Under the pieces are notes generated by a model. It made no database searches and was not told where the DNA came from. It worked only from the letters and a program-made list of their open reading frames with translations. Both the position numbers and the translations under genes were made by a program. Shown piece by piece: positions 60,955 to 64,000 of a DNA stretch of 64,000 nucleotides. Within the stretch, counting starts at the first letter, position 1, and every line of letters begins with the position of its first letter. Origin of the DNA: Flavobacteriales bacterium (lineage in GTDB: Bacteria > Bacteroidota > Bacteroidia > Flavobacteriales_F > PHOS-HE28); the NCBI GenBank assembly GCA_041391845.1, contig JAWKNG010000008.1:11962-75961 (forward strand), given 5' to 3'.

Positions 60955-61085
60955 TTGCGTCGCTGTTTAAATGGAGTCTGGGTTGAAGTGGTTTAGTCGG
61001 GCTATCTTGTCCTGCGGAAGCCGATTGTATTTCGATTCCCGCGCTAATCGAAATCTACGTAAGGCACAGCTCATAGTATTGCCAT

Positions 61086-61859
61086 CTACGACTCAGTTAA
61101 CCCGTCCTTACTCCCCACCACCCGCAACGCCTTCGTCGCCGCCTTGGCCACCACCTTCCGGGCCTCCTCGGCCTTTTCGCCTTCCACCACTTCGCGCTTC
61201 AGCACTTCGTTGGTGAGCGAGGTCTTGATCTGGTCGGTGGTGATCTTGATGTCCGGTGAGACGCGGCGCAGTTCGCGGCGGATGGTCTCCAGGCAGGCAT
61301 CGCTGAGCACCACGGCACCGAGGTAGAAGCGGCTCAGGGCTTGCTTCTGTGCGTGGAAGTCGCCGAGAGCGGAGCGCTGCCAGCCTTCCTTGCACCAGAG
61401 GTAGAGGTGGTCCAGGTCGCTTTCGGAGCGCACGTTGATCTTGCTGAGGTCGAGGTCCACCACCAGCTCGTGCTGGATGGGCTTGGTGAAGTGAACGTGG
61501 TACACGCACCAGCGGATGCCAGTGGTAAGCAGCACCCAGTCCACGCCTTGGTTGGCGGCATAGTCCACCGCCTGCTTCACATGCTGGTCCTTCAGCTCGA
61601 TGCCCACGGCCTTCACCTCGATGAGCGTGGTGAGCTTGTTATCCAGTTTGATGGCCAGGTCGCAATATGTGCCGCGAATGGCGTATTCGCTGGTCACCTC
61701 GAAGTACTTGTCATACCCGAACACATCGGCCAGCATATCCTTGATGATGGTGACGGTATCGGTCTCGCCCACATCGCGCTGCCGGGCGGACTCCAGGATC
61801 GGTTGATAGCGCTTGATGCCAGCGATGAGGCGTTCGGCTACTTTCTTGGGGATGGGCAT
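61086..61859 (-). CDS. PD-(D/E)xK nuclease-fold protein resembling the type I restriction HsdR N-terminal / Mrr-like domain
   Basis: Ordered motifs E (…VGETDTVTIIKDML…), D (GTYCDLAI), E-x-K (LIEVKAVG), Q..Y (VKQAVDYA), then a charged C-terminal tail. Confidence 0.55.
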   Translation of the reverse strand: MPIPKKVAERLIAGIKRYQPILESARQRDVGETDTVTIIKDMLADVFGYDKYFEVTSEYAIRGTYCDLAIKLDNKLTTLIEVKAVGIELKDQHVKQAVDYAANQGVDWVLLTTGIRWCVYHVHFTKPIQHELVVDLDLSKINVRSESDLDHLYLWCKEGWQRSALGDFHAQKQALSRFYLGAVVLSDACLETIRRELRRVSPDIKITTDQIKTSLTNEVLKREVVEGEKAEEARKVVAKAATKALRVVGSKDGLTES

Positions 61860-61940
61860 GGGGGGAGCGGTCCTTTTGGTAAAGGTGCAAAAGATCGGGG
61901 AATATAGCGCTTGCCAAAGGACGAGCTGCGCGCAAACCGC

Positions 61941-62147
61941 TCAATTCAATTGCGCCCATGTAGCCCGGAGCTGGGCAAACCCTTCAGCGCATTCATCGCA
62001 GAACACCGATACGTCCTCCTCGCTCTGGGCGTATAGCGGCACATCATACTGGTAGGTGGCAATAACGAGGTGCGTCAACCTGGACCGGTCGGTTTCCCAA
62101 GGCTCTCCAGCTTGTGCGCCACAGGCCTTGCAGCAGATGTCGTTCAT
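61941..62147 (-). CDS. small zinc-ribbon-like protein (hypothetical)
   Basis: 68 aa with a CCKAC…FCDEC Cys pairing; sits between the nuclease and VapC. Confidence 0.35.
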   Translation of the reverse strand: MNDICCKACGAQAGEPWETDRSRLTHLVIATYQYDVPLYAQSEEDVSVFCDECAEGFAQLRATWAQLN

Positions 62148-62182
62148 GGCCGGTTCTTATTGCCTGTATCGCAGGCATCCGA

Positions 62183-62551
62183 TCACAAGCGGAACAGTGC
62201 GATATCGTCCTGCAGTTTTTCGAAGTCCTTGTCACCGGTGACCAAGGGCATGTTCAAGTAAGCGGCTGTTGCTGCGATGATGCAGTCCGGCAGCTTCAGG
62301 CCGGTCTGCTTGCGAAAGTCGATAGCAAAGCGTCGCACTTCCCGTTCAGCAGACACGATGATACACTGGTCCAAAAAGGCCCGGATCTGTTTCGCTTGCG
62401 CATCCGTGATACGGGATGTTGCCAAAAGTTCGATCTCGGTAATGAACGAGACGTGGACATCGGCGCCATCCAAGAGATCCACGACGGCCTTCTCGTTGGA
62501 GAACATCCGTATGAGGATGTTGGTATCGGCAAGGATGCGTTCACCACTCAT
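62183..62551 (-). CDS. vapC: PIN-domain ribonuclease toxin VapC
   Basis: …ILADTNILIR… with the first acidic residue, …FITEIEL…, …DCIIAATA…, …VTGDKDF… as the conserved PIN acidic residues. Confidence 0.85.
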   Translation of the reverse strand: MSGERILADTNILIRMFSNEKAVVDLLDGADVHVSFITEIELLATSRITDAQAKQIRAFLDQCIIVSAEREVRRFAIDFRKQTGLKLPDCIIAATAAYLNMPLVTGDKDFEKLQDDIALFRL

Positions 62552-62708
62552 CGCGCATGCGCTTCACTTCCTCGATCGCCCAGTCAGCCATACCCGGCAC
62601 GGCCCCTGCGTACTTGCGTACATCGGGCAATGAGCGCTTGGGTCGCTTTGGGGTGCTTTTACGCACGATGGCGGTTCGTGCAGGGCGCTTCTTTGCGAGC
62701 TTGGCCAT
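62541..62708 (-). CDS. putative VapB-type antitoxin
   Basis: 55-aa basic ORF (MAKLAKKRPARTAIVRKST…) whose stop overlaps the VapC start by 11 nt, typical TA coupling. Confidence 0.45.
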   Translation of the reverse strand: MAKLAKKRPARTAIVRKSTPKRPKRSLPDVRKYAGAVPGMADWAIEEVKRMRDEW

Positions 62709-62806
62709 GGTTGTGCGAAGATATGCCCTGGTTGCCGTAAACCTCCCCAAGGTCTGCTGCTTCGGGACCCTTCCGGCGAAAGGACACCTTCCGCCCCCAG
62801 CGTCCT

Positions 62807-63052
62807 TCAGTCCTCCCCCCTCCGCTCCCCCCGCACCGTGAACAGTTCATCGTCCGGCATGATCGTATCGCCCGGTGCCTTGTGGTGGGTGAGCACGCCG
62901 CTTTCATGCGCGGTGATGGTCATGGGCACACCGTTGATGGTGTAGCGCAGCACGGGCATGCCCTGGGTAACGATGGTGCCGTCGGTGGCGAGGCGTTGTA
63001 CAGGATATCCTAAGGCGTTCGGGGCGATCTGGGCGGTGGGCAAGCAGGCCAC
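62807..63052 (-). CDS. hypothetical small protein (biotinyl/lipoyl-like beta-hybrid fold?)
   Basis: 81-aa ORF …GTIVTQGMPVLRYTINGVPMTITAHESGVLTHH…; loosely resembles a lipoyl/biotinyl hammerhead but lacks the modified Lys. Confidence 0.25.
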   Translation of the reverse strand: MACLPTAQIAPNALGYPVQRLATDGTIVTQGMPVLRYTINGVPMTITAHESGVLTHHKAPGDTIMPDDELFTVRGERRGED

Positions 63053-63089
63053 GTTGGTATGGCCCTCTCCCTCGCCTTATCTTAGCGGC

Positions 63090-63308
63090 ATGGCACGCTA
63101 CGTACTGGACATCGTGGATCCAAGCAAGCGCAAGCTGTTCGATCAGTTGATCAAGGAGTTGGACTTTGTGGAGGTGGTGAACATCTTCAAGTCCGGCAAG
63201 AAGGCCCAAGTGGCCCTGGAGGTGATGGAGGCGATGGAGGACGTGAAGGCGCACATGGCCGGGCGCAAGAAGCTGAAGTCCGCCAAGCAGCTGCTGGATG
63301 AGCTTTGA
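63090..63308 (+). CDS. putative antitoxin of a RelE/ParE-type pair
   Basis: 72 aa starting MARYVLDIVDPSKRKLFDQLIKELDFVEV…; overlaps the downstream toxin gene by 11 nt. Confidence 0.45.
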   Translation: MARYVLDIVDPSKRKLFDQLIKELDFVEVVNIFKSGKKAQVALEVMEAMEDVKAHMAGRKKLKSAKQLLDEL

Positions 63309-63624
63309 GGTCAGGTACTCGCCCGTGTTCGAACGGGCGATCAAACGACTTGCGAAGAAGTACCCTTCGATCCGCGGAGATCTGGAGCTGCTCATCCGTG
63401 AGTTGGCCTTGGCCCCCCGCAGTGGCTCGGCGCTGGGCCAGGACTGTTATAAAGTGCGGATGGCGATCCGGTCGAAAGGCAAGGGTAGGTCTGGCGGTGC
63501 CCGTGTCATTACCTGTGTGAAAGTGGTGAAGAGCACGGTGATCCTGCTGACGGTCTATGACAAGTCTGAGCGGGATGCGATCAGTGACAAGGAGTTGGCC
63601 AAGCTGTTGGCCTTGATCGCCTGA
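63298..63624 (+). CDS. RelE/ParE-superfamily toxin (addiction-module killer)
   Basis: …KRLAKKYPSIRGDLELLIRELA…GKGRSGGARVITCV…VILLTVYDKSERDAISDKELAKLL… is characteristic of RelE/HigB-like mRNA interferases. Confidence 0.7.
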   Translation: MSFEVRYSPVFERAIKRLAKKYPSIRGDLELLIRELALAPRSGSALGQDCYKVRMAIRSKGKGRSGGARVITCVKVVKSTVILLTVYDKSERDAISDKELAKLLALIA

Positions 63625-63695
63625 TCTGTGCTGGGCGAACTGTGCGTAGCGCGGTACTGCGCTCCATCTGGTCGTGGCGTAGCCGTGCCTCTGAG

Positions 63696-63835
63696 CGTAG
63701 CCTGTGGCTACGCTCGATAAGCTCCGAAGTTTGGTAGCCTGTGGCCATCCTTTCAGGAGTCCGTACCAAGTATGCCTTGTAGCCACAGGCTACCGAGAGC
63801 CTACACTGTTGCGCGTAGCCGCAGGCAACGCGTAG
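63696..63835. repeat. nested-palindrome repeat element, copy 3 (closest to copy 1)
   Basis: CGTAGCCTGTGGCTACGCTCGATAAGCTCCG…GGTAGCCTGTGGC-[loop]-GCCACAGGCTACC-GAGAGCCTACACTGTTGCGCGTAGCCGCAGGCAACGCGTAG; additional GCGTAGC motifs just upstream (63650-63695). Confidence 0.8.
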
Positions 63836-63863
63836 TGCGGGGGGCAGAGCGCCGTGCGCTGCG

Positions 63864-64000
63864 CTATTGCACCCGCACCCCCTCCATCTCCCCACCCTGG
63901 AACAGCGTCAGGCGCTTCACCGAGCCATCCGCTTCGGGGTGGAACACGATGCGCGCATCCACCACCTTGAGGAAGAAGGCATGGGGCCCCTCTCCGAAGA
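63864..64000 (-). CDS. 3' end of a gene running off the window (possible serine-hydrolase/beta-lactamase-like C-terminal domain)
   Basis: Minus-strand frame reads …FGEGPHAFFLKVVDARIVFHPEADGSVKRLTLFQGGEMEGVRVQ*; only 45 codons visible. Confidence 0.3.
   Translation of the reverse strand, partial: FGEGPHAFFLKVVDARIVFHPEADGSVKRLTLFQGGEMEGVRVQ

Noticed and set aside
59220-63835. CRISPR interpretation of the GTAGCCTGTGGC-containing repeats
   Set aside because: Copies are 1-3.4 kb apart with genes between them, each copy is about 145 bp with internal palindromes, and no cas genes are nearby.

Overview
This is a high-GC (about 62-65%) chromosomal segment from a Bacteroidota-type organism. The evidence is T9SS type A and type B C-terminal sorting domains, a Bacteroidetes-style SdhC-SdhA-SdhB operon, and a TAnnTTTG-type promoter. 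Most of the window is ordinary housekeeping DNA: Usp, tRNA-Ala, a LytS/LytTR two-component pair, PepP, sdhCAB, a Met-aminotransferase/omega-amidase pair, two giant T9SS cargo proteins, RadA, RfaE2, PanCD, a GlgA-like/DUF4270/GlmS cluster, SodA, an S41 protease, dCMP deaminase, and NrdBA. Three regions are not ordinary. (1) At 11.73-12.29 kb, a four-helix-bundle ('23S rRNA IVS'-type) gene flanked by a 30-bp near-perfect inverted repeat sits exactly between the sdhA stop and the sdhB start. (2) At 49.76-52.51 kb, next to tRNA-Leu(CAA), there is a decayed region. It holds a roughly 75-bp imperfect direct repeat derived from the 3' end of glyQS, a low-GC fragment, a truncated DUF2442 with an intact DUF4160 gene, and a glycyl-tRNA synthetase gene broken by at least five frameshifts. 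(3) At 57.55-63.85 kb, immediately after nrdA, there is a low-GC, accessory, defense/addiction-like island. It carries hypothetical membrane proteins, an IS3-family OrfA remnant, a PD-(D/E)xK (HsdR-N-like) nuclease, a zinc-ribbon ORF, VapBC and RelE/ParE-type TA pairs, and three copies of a roughly 140-150-bp nested-palindrome repeat family (attC/MITE-like) that bound the cassettes. Many long ORFs on the strand opposite real genes are GC-driven artefacts and are not called.
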